Made by a program: the position numbers and the translations under genes
Assembly (NCBI GenBank): GCA_965263355.1
Contig: CBDHHL010000045.1
Location: 38,077 to 102,076 of the forward strand
Reading direction: 5' to 3'
DNA from: Leptolyngbyaceae cyanobacterium
GTDB lineage: Bacteria > Cyanobacteriota > Cyanobacteriia > Phormidesmidales > Phormidesmidaceae
DNA: 64,000 nucleotides
The notes under the pieces: generated by a model
The model's input: the letters and a program-made list of their open reading frames with translations, nothing else
The model's database searches: none
What the model was told of the DNA's origin: nothing
Shown here: positions 53,610 to 64,000 of the stretch, piece after piece
How the letters are laid out: each line of letters begins with the position of its first letter
Numbering within the stretch: the first letter of the stretch is position 1

Positions 53610-55604
53610 TTAAGCCACTAGGACAATGAGCACATAGCCCTGGCCGCCGTTACCTCCTGACGCATCTACAGTACCATCTGAACCGGTACCACCGCCGCCA
53701 CCGGCACCTGGTCCCGAACCATCACTAGCCGGATTCGTAGTGCCTCCAAAGTTGCCCCCCTTACCTCCGGCTCCAAAGGCGTTAGGGTTATCTTTATCAG
53801 GGATCACGACGCCATTGCCAGCGCCACCACCAGGGATACCAAACGCCGTTGGACCGGACCCCCCGCTGGCTGATCCTCCCCCACTGCCGGAACCCGGACC
53901 CCCGTTACTTGTGCCCCCTTGAGACTGGGTAGCCCCCAGCTGTCCATTAGGTAACGCGCTGGCTCCGTTGCCCCCTTGGGAACCATTACGATAGACGATG
54001 CCAGGAATACTAGAGCTGCCGTTCCCCCCTGGACCACCTAACCCTCCGGCTATGTCTACAGTATCAACGGTGGATGTCTGGCCAGCAGCACCCCCAACAC
54101 CGCCCCTAAGCGTTATGGCATCAAACGGCCCTACAGCATCTATGGTTACTTGGCCTCCAGATGAACCGTTAGAGTTTGCAGATCCACCAAGGCCAGGATT
54201 GCCGATAGTCCCGGTTATCGTTTGCCCTTGCAGTGATAGCGGAAATGCCTGCACCAGTTCTAAAGAATCTCCTGAGCCACCGCCGCCGCCGCCAGACTTA
54301 CCGTTACTATAGTCACTTTGAGCGCCACCGCCACCGCCACCACCGGGAGCTGAGGCATATAATCTAAACTCGCTATAAGTGTTGACCGGCACTGTGAAAC
54401 TAAATGGCCCTGGAGTATTAAATAACATAATCTCATCAGATGTCGCTGGGGCACTAAGGCTCAAGTCTTCAAAAACAAAAAAGACATATCCCCTGGCTCC
54501 CGATCCTCCCCTGGGAGAGATACCCGTATTGCCGGGTGCTCCTGGGCCACCTCCTCCTCCGGCTCCTCTTAGTTCTCCTGATTGAGCCCTCAAGAACAAC
54601 CGAGCATTGCCCCCGTCACCACCATCACCATAGACTCTCGGGTTATCTTGCGTTATCTCCTGAGCACTATTAGAACCGGATGCCCCGGTTGCAACGTTAG
54701 CCGGAAATAAGTTTCCCGATGAATGAGCGCCGCCGCCGCCGCCCGCAGTGCCTCCGGAAGACGCCCCATTGCCAGGAGTGTTATTAGTGTTGGCTATCCC
54801 CCGAGCGCCATTGCCTCCCCTACCACCGGGAATAGTGACTAGTGATGCGAAGCCCTCGGTAACTTGGCCCCCTGCTCCCCCTTGAGGGTTTGTCAGGCTA
54901 GCATGTTGCCCCCCAGAGCCACCGCGAGCAAGGATCCTCGGAAAGTTACCCCAGGCATTAATAATAGTGCTTCTCCCGCTGCCCCCTGGTGTCGGGCCAC
55001 CATCACCTCCGGACCCTGCGCTCCCCCCAGACCCTACAGAACCGGTAACACTTTGGCCCCTTAAATCAGTCCCATAGGGCCAACGTACAAGCTCAAAAGC
55101 AGCGCCACCCCCGCCACCTCCGCCCCCTGAAAGAATAGAAAAAGAGAACGTGTTAAACTGGCCACCCCCGCCACCTCCGCCTCCGGCTACCCCGTATATC
55201 GACATATGAGTGTGGGGATAGGTAGGCGTAGTGAAGGAAAAGCTTCCGGCTGTCTCGAATAAGAAAAGCTCAGTCCGAGCCTCGATCTCTAACACCGGTA
55301 ACGGCTGAGTGAAGCTAGATCCATCGGATAACGTAATCACATAAGACGGATAATAGGTTCCTGGAGAATAAATATGCGATATCGCATAGGGAGAGATAAC
55401 CGGTTTAAGTCCGCTAGAATCTCCTGGATTAAATTGTATAGCGGTTACCGAGACACTAACCCCTATGTTAAATAATTGTAGATTGTACTCTCTAGCGGAA
55501 TCTGTAGACTGGTCAAATGCATGATAGACATGGGTTTGAGCAACATCAGACTCATTGAGGCTAGGATACTCCGCGAGTCCTTGAAGATAGCGAATAACGC
55601 CCAT
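53610..55604 (-). CDS. glycine-rich tail fibre-like protein with PKD-like domain
   Basis: Two F.T.G.FSFT.P + GGGGGG modules; SHIYSPGTY. Confidence 0.75.
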   Translation of the reverse strand: MGVIRYLQGLAEYPSLNESDVAQTHVYHAFDQSTDSAREYNLQLFNIGVSVSVTAIQFNPGDSSGLKPVISPYAISHIYSPGTYYPSYVITLSDGSSFTQPLPVLEIEARTELFLFETAGSFSFTTPTYPHTHMSIYGVAGGGGGGGGQFNTFSFSILSGGGGGGGGAAFELVRWPYGTDLRGQSVTGSVGSGGSAGSGGDGGPTPGGSGRSTIINAWGNFPRILARGGSGGQHASLTNPQGGAGGQVTEGFASLVTIPGGRGGNGARGIANTNNTPGNGASSGGTAGGGGGAHSSGNLFPANVATGASGSNSAQEITQDNPRVYGDGGDGGNARLFLRAQSGELRGAGGGGGPGAPGNTGISPRGGSGARGYVFFVFEDLSLSAPATSDEIMLFNTPGPFSFTVPVNTYSEFRLYASAPGGGGGGGAQSDYSNGKSGGGGGGSGDSLELVQAFPLSLQGQTITGTIGNPGLGGSANSNGSSGGQVTIDAVGPFDAITLRGGVGGAAGQTSTVDTVDIAGGLGGPGGNGSSSIPGIVYRNGSQGGNGASALPNGQLGATQSQGGTSNGGPGSGSGGGSASGGSGPTAFGIPGGGAGNGVVIPDKDNPNAFGAGGKGGNFGGTTNPASDGSGPGAGGGGGTGSDGTVDASGGNGGQGYVLIVLVA

Positions 55605-57043
55605 TAAATAGACTCCTGCTCTAGCCTAATGGTTTTATCTGAGGCGGTGACTATGCTGATTATCCCTAAGTCATAGTCTCGTATAGTCACTCCCGGAGCC
55701 GGATTAGGGTTCGCTAACGCTAATCTAAAACCAGGGTCCAGGGTCACCGCTACTTCGGCAAATTTCATATCCATGAGATTAACAAAGGTCTGACCGTTTA
55801 GAAACGTTTTAACGCTTCCCGCCTGGTCCAAAGAGACTACATGGGTAGTAGGGGCTGTTAATCCGGTCTCAACCAGTGTAAAAAACTCGGCCTTTACTAA
55901 AACTACCTGATAAGATCCCCCTCGCCTGAAAATGATATCTCCCACCGAGAGATCGGTTTGTGCCCGGTCGTACTCCACGTCTATATGACCGTTGTTATAG
56001 ACCAACGATAGATATGGGGTACTGGGGTCTGCAGTAAGATCCTGCAAGTCACTAAAGAGATAGGGATTGTTAGCCGATAGAAACGCCTTATAGATAAAAA
56101 GGGCATGGGTAGCTAGAGACAGGTCAACCGCTGTCCCATTGCCCATGCTGATGGGAGATTCAGTCCCCGATGTACCCAAAGTCACATTCCCAGTCCACTG
56201 GAAAAACGATGTCAGTCCTTGGAAGCTGAGGCTGCTTGATGGGACTTCAGCGCCTGCTGATTCCCTAACCCAGCCTGTCCCATCGTTATAAAGCTTAAGC
56301 CCTTGAGATTCAGTTAAGCTTGCGTTTGTGTAAAGTGTTCCGTCGACGGTAACAGCGCTGTTTGGAGGGATAATCGCGTCAACTTTTTTGGCTGTATTTA
56401 TATTTGTCGTCAGTGGGTAAGTTCCCCCGTTCTGCAGATAACCAATGGACGCATAGCCCAGCGTTGCACCGTCCAGCTGTTGAGTGATTTCTTTTCCATC
56501 GTCCTCCGTAACAAACGTGTCCCAATCTGCCGCTGCGAAAGGCCCCGGTGGGTCAAGGCTCGCCTTATTTGCCGTGTAAAGCGTGCCTCCATGAAAGACC
56601 TGAGCACCCGTGAGATAACCCCCCACTAGCGCTGGATCGTATCCGTCAGGAATCTCCGGTAAAAGTGCCGCCAGTTTATCCTCTTGGGAGTCAGGAACCT
56701 CGTTTGCAGTAAACGCGTCAGAATGCCATCTGTTATCCTCTGTACTCCAGCTCGCAAATGTCCGGGTAGTGACGCTTTCATTATTTACAACATAACGCCT
56801 CTGTCCGTCTGTAATTGGGTCTGTTTCAATTGTCCAGATCGTTCCATTACTGCTGACTACATAATCTCGATCTGTTGCTGCAATTATGAGCGTATTGCCG
56901 TTATTGGCTGTCGCTGGATAGGTAGCAGATATCGCAGCGATCGCGGCAGCGCTACCCGTGGCTGCAACCACCGTGCGATCTTGTACGGTTGTTGCGAGTG
57001 TATCCGTGGATGAGGTTGGGGTTTGTCGTCTGATGATAGGCAT
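55604..57043 (-). CDS. putative tail fibre protein with carbohydrate-binding-like module
   Basis: YLTGAQVFHGGTLYTA..W; overlapped operon. Confidence 0.6.
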   Translation of the reverse strand: MPIIRRQTPTSSTDTLATTVQDRTVVAATGSAAAIAAISATYPATANNGNTLIIAATDRDYVVSSNGTIWTIETDPITDGQRRYVVNNESVTTRTFASWSTEDNRWHSDAFTANEVPDSQEDKLAALLPEIPDGYDPALVGGYLTGAQVFHGGTLYTANKASLDPPGPFAAADWDTFVTEDDGKEITQQLDGATLGYASIGYLQNGGTYPLTTNINTAKKVDAIIPPNSAVTVDGTLYTNASLTESQGLKLYNDGTGWVRESAGAEVPSSSLSFQGLTSFFQWTGNVTLGTSGTESPISMGNGTAVDLSLATHALFIYKAFLSANNPYLFSDLQDLTADPSTPYLSLVYNNGHIDVEYDRAQTDLSVGDIIFRRGGSYQVVLVKAEFFTLVETGLTAPTTHVVSLDQAGSVKTFLNGQTFVNLMDMKFAEVAVTLDPGFRLALANPNPAPGVTIRDYDLGIISIVTASDKTIRLEQESI

Positions 57044-57046
57044 AAT

Positions 57047-60000
57047 TTAACTAATGTCTTGGGCAAATACATAATCAATCTTAGTTTCAGCCCCTCTTAT
57101 ATATGGACCAAAAGGCAATGGAGTTGAATAATCCCCTGCTTGCGTATGTAACAAGACTCCGCCCGCATAAATCCTCAATTCAGTTGGCGTAGTTTCTGCG
57201 TACAGAATAATTTCAGCATTAGTGATTGGCTGTATGGTCGTAGTGAATACTAAATTGTTTGACCCACTTACATACTCGTTATAGCTAACAGTCCCGTTTC
57301 CAAAAGCCCGCAACATACTGAAATTGTTGTTATCTACAAACCGGAAGATCATTCCAGAACCCACAGTAGGGGCTTCTAAAGAGAGATCGTAAACAGCTAC
57401 CCCTAGTCGAACACTACTAAAGGAGCCGTAATCAATAACAGCCAAAGCATTAACGTTACCCCCAGGGACTCTCCTAGTAATTGTGTTATTGAAGATATCT
57501 ATACTAGATGTGAATGAAAAACTACCCCCGCTAACAGCTTGGTATGTACTGCCGTTATCAACGGTATCCGGAGACCTTCCTGTAATATCCGTATCATTCG
57601 CACCAGTGCCGTGGTCAAACAATATATAACTTGGTGCTGGGCTTGGGGTTACAGGATTTAAGTCGTTTAACGAAACTTCAAGCACGCCTAATTGGTGAGA
57701 TGACGTTGCAGTTATGACTCTTTGCCCTTGGTAGTACACGTAAAGGGTACTACCTTCAATGAATATTCCCACACAAACTGGGTTTGTCTCCCACGGAAGG
57801 TCTAGCGCAAAGGCATCTTTTCTTCGTGAGTACTGAGTTATGTCGGTGGTACACTTTCGGACAACCATAAAACTCTGTCTGAGGTTCGCTGTCCAACTAG
57901 TGTCAGTGTACAGACGCTCAGTCGTAATAGCGTACAATTCACTGTTATACGTAAAGTATCGCACCCCCGCAGACGAAATTATTCGTCTAGCTGTTGGGTC
58001 GAATAGTTGTGGATAGCCTTCAATAGTGGTATCTCTTAAGTCTCCAGGGAGGGTTCTAGTAAGCAATGGGCCAAAGTATCCGTCTGGTTGCGTCCCAGGT
58101 TCCCCATTAGGCCCCAACGAGATAAATCTTAGTTGGCCCGATCCATCATCATAGTAATTTGCGTATCCTGTGTGTGTAATTTGCCGATCAGTGGTTACTA
58201 CATCGGCAGATATGAGGATCTGAAGATCGCTAAATGTTTTACCATCTGTCGAAACATAGCTAATCGTAGACTGTCTAGCGTTGATAGGTCGGTTGTTAGA
58301 GTGTGCGATTAAGAGTAATCGGCTATTTGCCGCATCCCAGTAAGGAAGTGGTGTCTCAATCTGGAAAGCAGTATCTGTAATGACGGCAGTGAAATCAGAC
58401 AGATCGCTTAAAGTAGGACTACTTGCTCTTGCTAAAAAGATGTCAGCGTCTACATTAGACGCATGGTCTTGCGATGCGTAGACATAGTATCTGCCTAAGC
58501 CATCATCCGGCAAGAAACCTTGGCTATCAAAAACTGAGATGTAGAAAAATCTAGGGGGCAACCCTTTAAGCCCACCTCCAAACAATGGCCAGTCATATAA
58601 ACGTCTGAATGGTAGAATCTCGCTTTGCCAAGCCAAATCAGTAGGCGGCTGTATCCGTTGAATACTATAATTAGTGACACTAGCAGGTGGGGCTTGGTCA
58701 AATCCTCCACAAGACGTTCTACAAAGTCTACTGTCTCGTGAGGATGCAGCTAAAAATGGCGATCCACCGTTTTCTGTAAACCAGACTTCTGTTACAGAGC
58801 CCTGGAATCGGATATCAACATTATAAGTAGAGCCAGCATTTATGGCCTGAGATATAGACGCAAGTGTTGGGGCCATGTGTGTGTAGCTGAAACTGTCAGA
58901 CTGCCTGCATTCAATAGAAATTTGATTGTTGTCAACATCCATCAAAATACGTTGCGTGATGTCTGTCGTCCCAGACACGGTTGTATGTGCTGTTCTGTAA
59001 ACCCGTACTATTTCTGATGCTGCAGCAGCCCAATCAAAAGTAATAGAAAAATAACAGCTTCCGGTATCTTCTGAATTCGGTCTTATAGCGGGAACCGTTG
59101 ACACTACTTGTGGATATACTTGTTGAACCTCTTGAACGCCCAAATAAGTCTCCTGAACGTCGCCAACTCCATTGACTGGGACTGTTGCAAAATAATAATC
59201 ATCTATTCCTGGCGTAGGAGTGACTGTAAACACAGCATCTACCCCGCTACCATTAGGTGTAGTGCTAGTTAGTGACACACTTTGCGCTGTCCCTGATCCA
59301 TTCACGACACTAAGAGAGCTGGTGTTTACATCGCCAATGGTCGAATTGCTAAAATTGACATTTACGTCAAAAGATGGAAGCTGCTGCACTGTAGTCAAAC
59401 TGTTAGTCAGAGTTGCGACAACGCCTGCACTCCCAGAAATATTATTAGTTACTGCAAAATTGCTAAACGCTCCAACCGTTGCCGTATTAGTGCCCGTAAT
59501 CGGGTTACCCCCCGGCGTGTGAGAAACTGTGATCGTATCAGAGTTTATATAAGCAGAATCTACGGTTAGGGTGATTGCTGAGCCTGCAATGGCAACATTA
59601 TTTACAGTCTTTCCGCCTGATGCTGTAAAGTCAGTTGTTGCGGGGACGCTAGCGCCATCTAATGCGCTGCTAAACGTCAGCAAAATCTGGTCGGGGTTAG
59701 CATCTTCTACACTGGCTGATGCTAGCGATAAAGTTGGCCCGCCCGTTACAGGTGACATATCTCTAGCGTAATATGTCACATCTACTGTAATAATTGACCC
59801 TGCCGAAGCAACTAACGATGGATTCGTTACTAATCCTGATATCAAGTCTTCTAGCGCTGTTGCGTTGCCAGGAGCATACCCAAATCCGATAGAGCTACCA
59901 AGCGGTAAGGGAATAGAATCATTAATTGATATCGTCGCATTGCTAGGGACAGCAGACGACACATAAAAAGTGACCCCAGTTATATCATTTGGGACATTGC

Positions 60001-60115
60001 CAACCGTTCTAAGAAAAACTTGCGTATCCGTAATATTTGGGATTTGTTCGGTAGCACCTACTTCAGGTTGAGCAGATAGTTTAAGTTGTGCAATAAAACT
60101 GTTAATTACGCTCAT
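57047..60115 (-). CDS. large adhesin/tail protein (SwmB-like Ig repeat + glycosidase-like beta-propeller)
   Basis: ILLTFSSALDGASVPATTDFT; YYVYAS.DH, ETP, S.DG..F Asp-box. Confidence 0.65.
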   Translation of the reverse strand: MSVINSFIAQLKLSAQPEVGATEQIPNITDTQVFLRTVGNVPNDITGVTFYVSSAVPSNATISINDSIPLPLGSSIGFGYAPGNATALEDLISGLVTNPSLVASAGSIITVDVTYYARDMSPVTGGPTLSLASASVEDANPDQILLTFSSALDGASVPATTDFTASGGKTVNNVAIAGSAITLTVDSAYINSDTITVSHTPGGNPITGTNTATVGAFSNFAVTNNISGSAGVVATLTNSLTTVQQLPSFDVNVNFSNSTIGDVNTSSLSVVNGSGTAQSVSLTSTTPNGSGVDAVFTVTPTPGIDDYYFATVPVNGVGDVQETYLGVQEVQQVYPQVVSTVPAIRPNSEDTGSCYFSITFDWAAAASEIVRVYRTAHTTVSGTTDITQRILMDVDNNQISIECRQSDSFSYTHMAPTLASISQAINAGSTYNVDIRFQGSVTEVWFTENGGSPFLAASSRDSRLCRTSCGGFDQAPPASVTNYSIQRIQPPTDLAWQSEILPFRRLYDWPLFGGGLKGLPPRFFYISVFDSQGFLPDDGLGRYYVYASQDHASNVDADIFLARASSPTLSDLSDFTAVITDTAFQIETPLPYWDAANSRLLLIAHSNNRPINARQSTISYVSTDGKTFSDLQILISADVVTTDRQITHTGYANYYDDGSGQLRFISLGPNGEPGTQPDGYFGPLLTRTLPGDLRDTTIEGYPQLFDPTARRIISSAGVRYFTYNSELYAITTERLYTDTSWTANLRQSFMVVRKCTTDITQYSRRKDAFALDLPWETNPVCVGIFIEGSTLYVYYQGQRVITATSSHQLGVLEVSLNDLNPVTPSPAPSYILFDHGTGANDTDITGRSPDTVDNGSTYQAVSGGSFSFTSSIDIFNNTITRRVPGGNVNALAVIDYGSFSSVRLGVAVYDLSLEAPTVGSGMIFRFVDNNNFSMLRAFGNGTVSYNEYVSGSNNLVFTTTIQPITNAEIILYAETTPTELRIYAGGVLLHTQAGDYSTPLPFGPYIRGAETKIDYVFAQDIS

Positions 60116-60117
60116 GA

Positions 60118-60732
60118 CTATCTCAGAGTAAGGATCAATCTACAATCAACTGTCGCTGTGATATCTGCTGTGCTATCTTCTCGACGCAACCTGACGGCAT
60201 ATGCGCCCTCCAATGCTCCTGAATCTGAACCCGTATGCCCGACCGTATCCCCCTGGGCTGGTGCCGCTGAATCTGCCTCAATCAAATCAAATTCATCAGC
60301 TGCTGCTGTCTCAAAAAAAGAAATTTCTGGATAGAAAACAAGTGGCCCATTAAGAGCAGAACTATAATTAGTAACTTTGATCGCTGCTAGGACAGAAACA
60401 AGCTTTCTGCCCGTTGGAACGGTTACCGGTGTTGATATTTCGTCTTGAGTGCTCAGATTAAAGGTTGTTCGGTTAAATTCTGTTGCCCTTTCTCCTGATA
60501 TTCCCTCGATACTATTTAGTATGGCTTCGGTTGGCCCTGCCCCAATCGTAACTGAGTTAGTGCCATTAACATCTAAAAATAAAGCTTGAGTGCCTTGGTT
60601 AAACCAGCCACGGTCAAGCGTCCCATCATTCAGTTGATACTGGACAGGAGTTAACTGATTCGTTGCATTGGCAGAGCTAGCCGTTAAAGTACTAGCTGGT
60701 TTTGATACTTGTCCACTAGTCAGTAAGGTCAT
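60118..60732 (-). CDS. putative structural protein
   Basis: Operonic, Thr-rich. Confidence 0.6.
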   Translation of the reverse strand: MTLLTSGQVSKPASTLTASSANATNQLTPVQYQLNDGTLDRGWFNQGTQALFLDVNGTNSVTIGAGPTEAILNSIEGISGERATEFNRTTFNLSTQDEISTPVTVPTGRKLVSVLAAIKVTNYSSALNGPLVFYPEISFFETAAADEFDLIEADSAAPAQGDTVGHTGSDSGALEGAYAVRLRREDSTADITATVDCRLILTLR

Positions 60733-62528
60733 GCACCAGCCTCCTTAAGAGCTTCTTTGAACAACAAAAATCTAAAGTCGGTCCCTGCTCCATGGGCGTC
60801 TAAAAACGGGATTGGATTGGTTAGTGTCAATGCCCCATTAATCCAGGTGTAAGTTGCCAATGGTGTTAACGGGTTCCTGAAATATCTTGCAAACGATTGA
60901 AAGACCTCAGTTGTCCCGATCGAAAGACTAAATATTTCAACTCTAATATCATCGCTTATCCGTTGGAATTGTAGTTGGATAAACTGATTAATCGATATCG
61001 CCCCAGCGAGTGCATCAACGACTGTGTTGTCAATAAGCAGCTCTCCGGTATCATTTTTCCAAACAATTGTTGTGTTGTCCGTGCGAGTATCCCAGGCTGC
61101 TGGGTCCTGGCTGATGCCCGCCACATTCTGATCGGCGGCATTGGTTCCTACACGCATACTGATTACGATCGCATTATCCCAACTCATTGGGCTAGTAGCT
61201 CTGAGATAATGAGTCCCGTAAACGCCCGGTGAAGCATTTCGCCTGATTCGCATCCCTACTAGGTTCTGTGGAGCTAACAAAACGCTGCTGTCAGGGGAGA
61301 CTAATGTTATTTCTGCAGGCAGATTATTAACGTCTGTGATGTCTCGACCGTCAATATGGATGCCTTGATTCGGGTCAATCAAAGTTGGTGCCGGTAACGA
61401 GTTCAAGGCCGCCAAGGCCCGTGCTGCATTTTTCTGGTTTCCGGTCTGATTGTAGTGGACGTTATCAGTGCCCATCCCCTGAGCAACGTTTGTGATGTCG
61501 TCCAGGTTCGTCCAGGCATCACTCAAAGCTTCGTGGTCGTCTCGGATTTCCTGAACGTTTGGAGTTTGCGGCGTCGTCGGATTTTCGTAGTTTACTGACC
61601 AAAAGCGAGCGACAACCTTAGGAATATGAAATCCGAACAATGCATCAATATCATCAAAAAATATGGGCAGCTGCGTTCCATGAGCCTGTGCTTCGGCTAG
61701 GTTATTGGCGTCGGCATTGCCTTGAATCCAGAACATTCCCCACACAACAAAGGGAACATTCCCCAGCCTCAAACGTTGCCACGCGTTTTCAATAAAGTTG
61801 AAAAGAGTATTCCTAGCAGCTCCCCCAACCGCAAAAGTTCCAGTGCCAGACTCAAACCCGTTACCTCCGTCGCCATGCTCAACGACTAATAGTCTCAGGT
61901 TGGGATATTGAACCTCAAAATCTCTTGCGATGTAATCCTGTGGCCTAGAAAAACCAGGGTTATGCTCAAACGGAATAAAAGAACCAGCGCTGTTTTGGAT
62001 TACTGCATTCGCGATCGGTGTGTCTGCATACGCTGGTGCAGACTGAGCGGTACTAACCCAATTCGATTGACCGGAACCGATAAATAAAATCGGGGTTCCG
62101 GCTGGCATTGAAGCAAGTGCTAGTGGTGGGGGATTAATCGTGATAGATGCCGTTTCATTGACAGATTCGACACCGTCATTAGCGGTCACAGTAACAGAGG
62201 CAGTGAGCGGGGTCGACTGGTCAACGGAAGTTTGAGTTCCCTGGATTAATCCGGTTGCCGTGTCTCCCGTCCAATCCGTTGGCAATCCCGAAAATGACCA
62301 CGTTGGCGTTGCAGCTGCATTAATTACTGTTGGCTGAATGGTCAGCTCTTGTCCGTTGCCGGTCACAGATATTGGTGAGATTGCATTTATAGCGAAATTA
62401 CCGGTTGGTGGAGTCAATGCGTCAGGAGCTGTGGCGGCTTGTTGCCGTTGGATGGCGCGAGCATTCCTAAGCCTGTAGGCCGTGTCACGTCTACCGTAGG
62501 AGCCCTTACCCTTTCCTGTGTAGGGCAT
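60729..62528 (-). CDS. Ig-like domain + SGNH sialate O-acetylesterase (SASA) tail protein
   Basis: SGLP..W..D..TG.I.GT; GQSN, WIQGNAD, DNVHY. Confidence 0.8.
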   Translation of the reverse strand: MPYTGKGKGSYGRRDTAYRLRNARAIQRQQAATAPDALTPPTGNFAINAISPISVTGNGQELTIQPTVINAAATPTWSFSGLPTDWTGDTATGLIQGTQTSVDQSTPLTASVTVTANDGVESVNETASITINPPPLALASMPAGTPILFIGSGQSNWVSTAQSAPAYADTPIANAVIQNSAGSFIPFEHNPGFSRPQDYIARDFEVQYPNLRLLVVEHGDGGNGFESGTGTFAVGGAARNTLFNFIENAWQRLRLGNVPFVVWGMFWIQGNADANNLAEAQAHGTQLPIFFDDIDALFGFHIPKVVARFWSVNYENPTTPQTPNVQEIRDDHEALSDAWTNLDDITNVAQGMGTDNVHYNQTGNQKNAARALAALNSLPAPTLIDPNQGIHIDGRDITDVNNLPAEITLVSPDSSVLLAPQNLVGMRIRRNASPGVYGTHYLRATSPMSWDNAIVISMRVGTNAADQNVAGISQDPAAWDTRTDNTTIVWKNDTGELLIDNTVVDALAGAISINQFIQLQFQRISDDIRVEIFSLSIGTTEVFQSFARYFRNPLTPLATYTWINGALTLTNPIPFLDAHGAGTDFRFLLFKEALKEAGA

Positions 62529-63166
62529 TAGAACGTCCTCCTGAGCTGGATTTCAACCGCGCAGTGCTGAACGGTGAATGTTGTGACCACGACTCCGTTT
62601 GAGCGAACCTCTATCAGTGATGCTGTTGGGTCATCGACTTGTGGTGCATTGGGATAGAAAAACCAATTGCCGTCAGTATCAACAGTCACGCTGTTGTTTC
62701 CATCTATATGGGTCAAGGCAGCCGCGTTCAGAGTAACTGTGATCGCTTCGGCTGCGGTGCCTGTGCCGGTTAGCCCGAATCCAGCTTGCCAAGTTATATC
62801 CTGGGTGAACGTGTCCCCATCGAGAGATCCAAGCTGCGGCGTCGGCCCTTCAACGCCAAATTCATTAACCCCAGTTGTGTAATTCAATCCCTGATACCAA
62901 AGCTGTGAACCGTTACTGTTGCCAATTGACGGAACAACATATATTGCTTGAATGCTTGCAAAGTCAGCAGAGGATATTGTGAATTGACTGCCGTCTGTTC
63001 CTGTTGCAGCCCCAGGGCCACCATTGGTAGCAATACGATTCACTGTTGCAGTGGTCGCAGCAGCAAATTGAGAATTCAATCGTATCGTTTCTTCGTAAGT
63101 ATTCTGAGGCGTTGTTGTAGAGCTAGATGATTGAACCGCTGGGAGAAAAGCACCGATAGCTGGCAT
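62528..63166 (-). CDS. putative structural protein
   Basis: 1-nt overlaps. Confidence 0.6.
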   Translation of the reverse strand: MPAIGAFLPAVQSSSSTTTPQNTYEETIRLNSQFAAATTATVNRIATNGGPGAATGTDGSQFTISSADFASIQAIYVVPSIGNSNGSQLWYQGLNYTTGVNEFGVEGPTPQLGSLDGDTFTQDITWQAGFGLTGTGTAAEAITVTLNAAALTHIDGNNSVTVDTDGNWFFYPNAPQVDDPTASLIEVRSNGVVVTTFTVQHCAVEIQLRRTF

Positions 63167-63363
63167 TATTCTTCTTCCTCCTCTACTGACTCAAGATAGG
63201 CCCCGGCATAGTACAAATCGTCATCGCCTTTATTGAAAACAACAAGCTGATTAGCTGCATTAAAAAATAGTTCAACCATGCTTTTATCAGCTAGTTCAAT
63301 AGTCACTGATTGACCAGCAATTAACTTTCCGATAGGGATAGTCTTCAATACTTCAATACTCAT
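63166..63363 (-). CDS. small hypothetical protein
   Basis: Overlaps both neighbours. Confidence 0.55.
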   Translation of the reverse strand: MSIEVLKTIPIGKLIAGQSVTIELADKSMVELFFNAANQLVVFNKGDDDLYYAGAYLESVEEEEE

Positions 63364-63965
63364 ACCATCACCTCATAAATGAATAGAGACATATGCCACC
63401 AAGCTATACCCTTGGTGGTGTTACTGCCACCATCAGCGTTATAAGCCCCCAGGCACAACTTTTTAGGGCTTGTTTCTCCTGATAGGTCCAAATAAAACTC
63501 ACCAGCCAATAGCCGCAACGTGCCTGTATTGTCGTTCTCCCCAGTGCCGTCCGCTTGATAATTCAATAGACCCGCTGCATGTGGCCCCGGATCTGAGGCA
63601 ATGACTTGAGCCTCAAATAGATCAGCGTCCATTAGCCCGATATCGATATACTCGCCATTGCTCCAATTTTGGAATCCAAAATTGTAGTGGCCCCTATAGA
63701 AAAACCCGTTTTGAAATTCGAAGTCCTTGCCGACAGTATTAGAACCTTCAGGGATTTCAACCCCGCTAGCGTCCAGCAACTTAATTTTTGGTCCTTTAAT
63801 CCTGGCCTGTGAAACTCTCGCGGCTCCGCCCGTGCCAAACGTGAAGGTTGTTCTAATTAGTGGAACTTTTGCATCCTCAGGATCGTTACTGTTTGGCCTA
63901 AACGTGATATTCGTTGGCTGAGCTGAACCTGGCGCGCCATTGGCAGGCATCGCAAGCCAAGCCAT
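63360..63965 (-). CDS. putative structural protein
   Basis: 201 aa, operonic. Confidence 0.6.
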   Translation of the reverse strand: MAWLAMPANGAPGSAQPTNITFRPNSNDPEDAKVPLIRTTFTFGTGGAARVSQARIKGPKIKLLDASGVEIPEGSNTVGKDFEFQNGFFYRGHYNFGFQNWSNGEYIDIGLMDADLFEAQVIASDPGPHAAGLLNYQADGTGENDNTGTLRLLAGEFYLDLSGETSPKKLCLGAYNADGGSNTTKGIAWWHMSLFIYEVMV

Positions 63966-64000
63966 ACTATCAGGGAACCTGGACGAAATGAATTTCCCAC

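Noticed and set aside
1..64000. Genome-wide TAG recoding
   Set aside because: Several genes end cleanly in TAG (e.g. 1141, 7668, 15503, 45922) and coding density is high under the standard code.

Overview
This window reads as an internal part of a large cyanobacterial phage or prophage. At least 15 GCGATCGC (HIP1) sites point to a cyanobacterial host; no capsid, terminase or integrase gene is recognisable here. It holds a membrane/P-loop ATPase operon, an IS200/IS605 tnpB, many small early genes, a replication module (5'-3' exonuclease, collapsed Pol-gamma-like protein, SF1B helicase, candidate origin, primase-helicase), three DNA methyltransferases (two frameshifted), a lysis cassette with a lipase, and long tail/receptor-binding genes. 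The main discovery is a compact, cas1/cas2-free type V-like CRISPR module at about 48.26-51.02 kb. It has an unannotated RHH regulator and a 577-aa TnpB-derived RuvC nuclease on the minus strand. On the plus strand are a promoter, a structured leader with a boxA-like motif and a 23-nt anti-repeat, and 7 repeats with 6 spacers. Spacer 5 translates to a homolog of the gene right next to the array, and the last repeat supplies that gene's stop codon, suggesting RNA-guided inter-phage exclusion or homing. Other oddities: a tRNA-like RNA with an elongated anticodon arm tipped by CTA near an amber-interrupted ORF, a tnpB lacking a left end inserted in an RHH-like gene, a DGR-type target without RT, and duplicated promoter cassettes. 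All family assignments come from reading motifs by eye, not from database searches.
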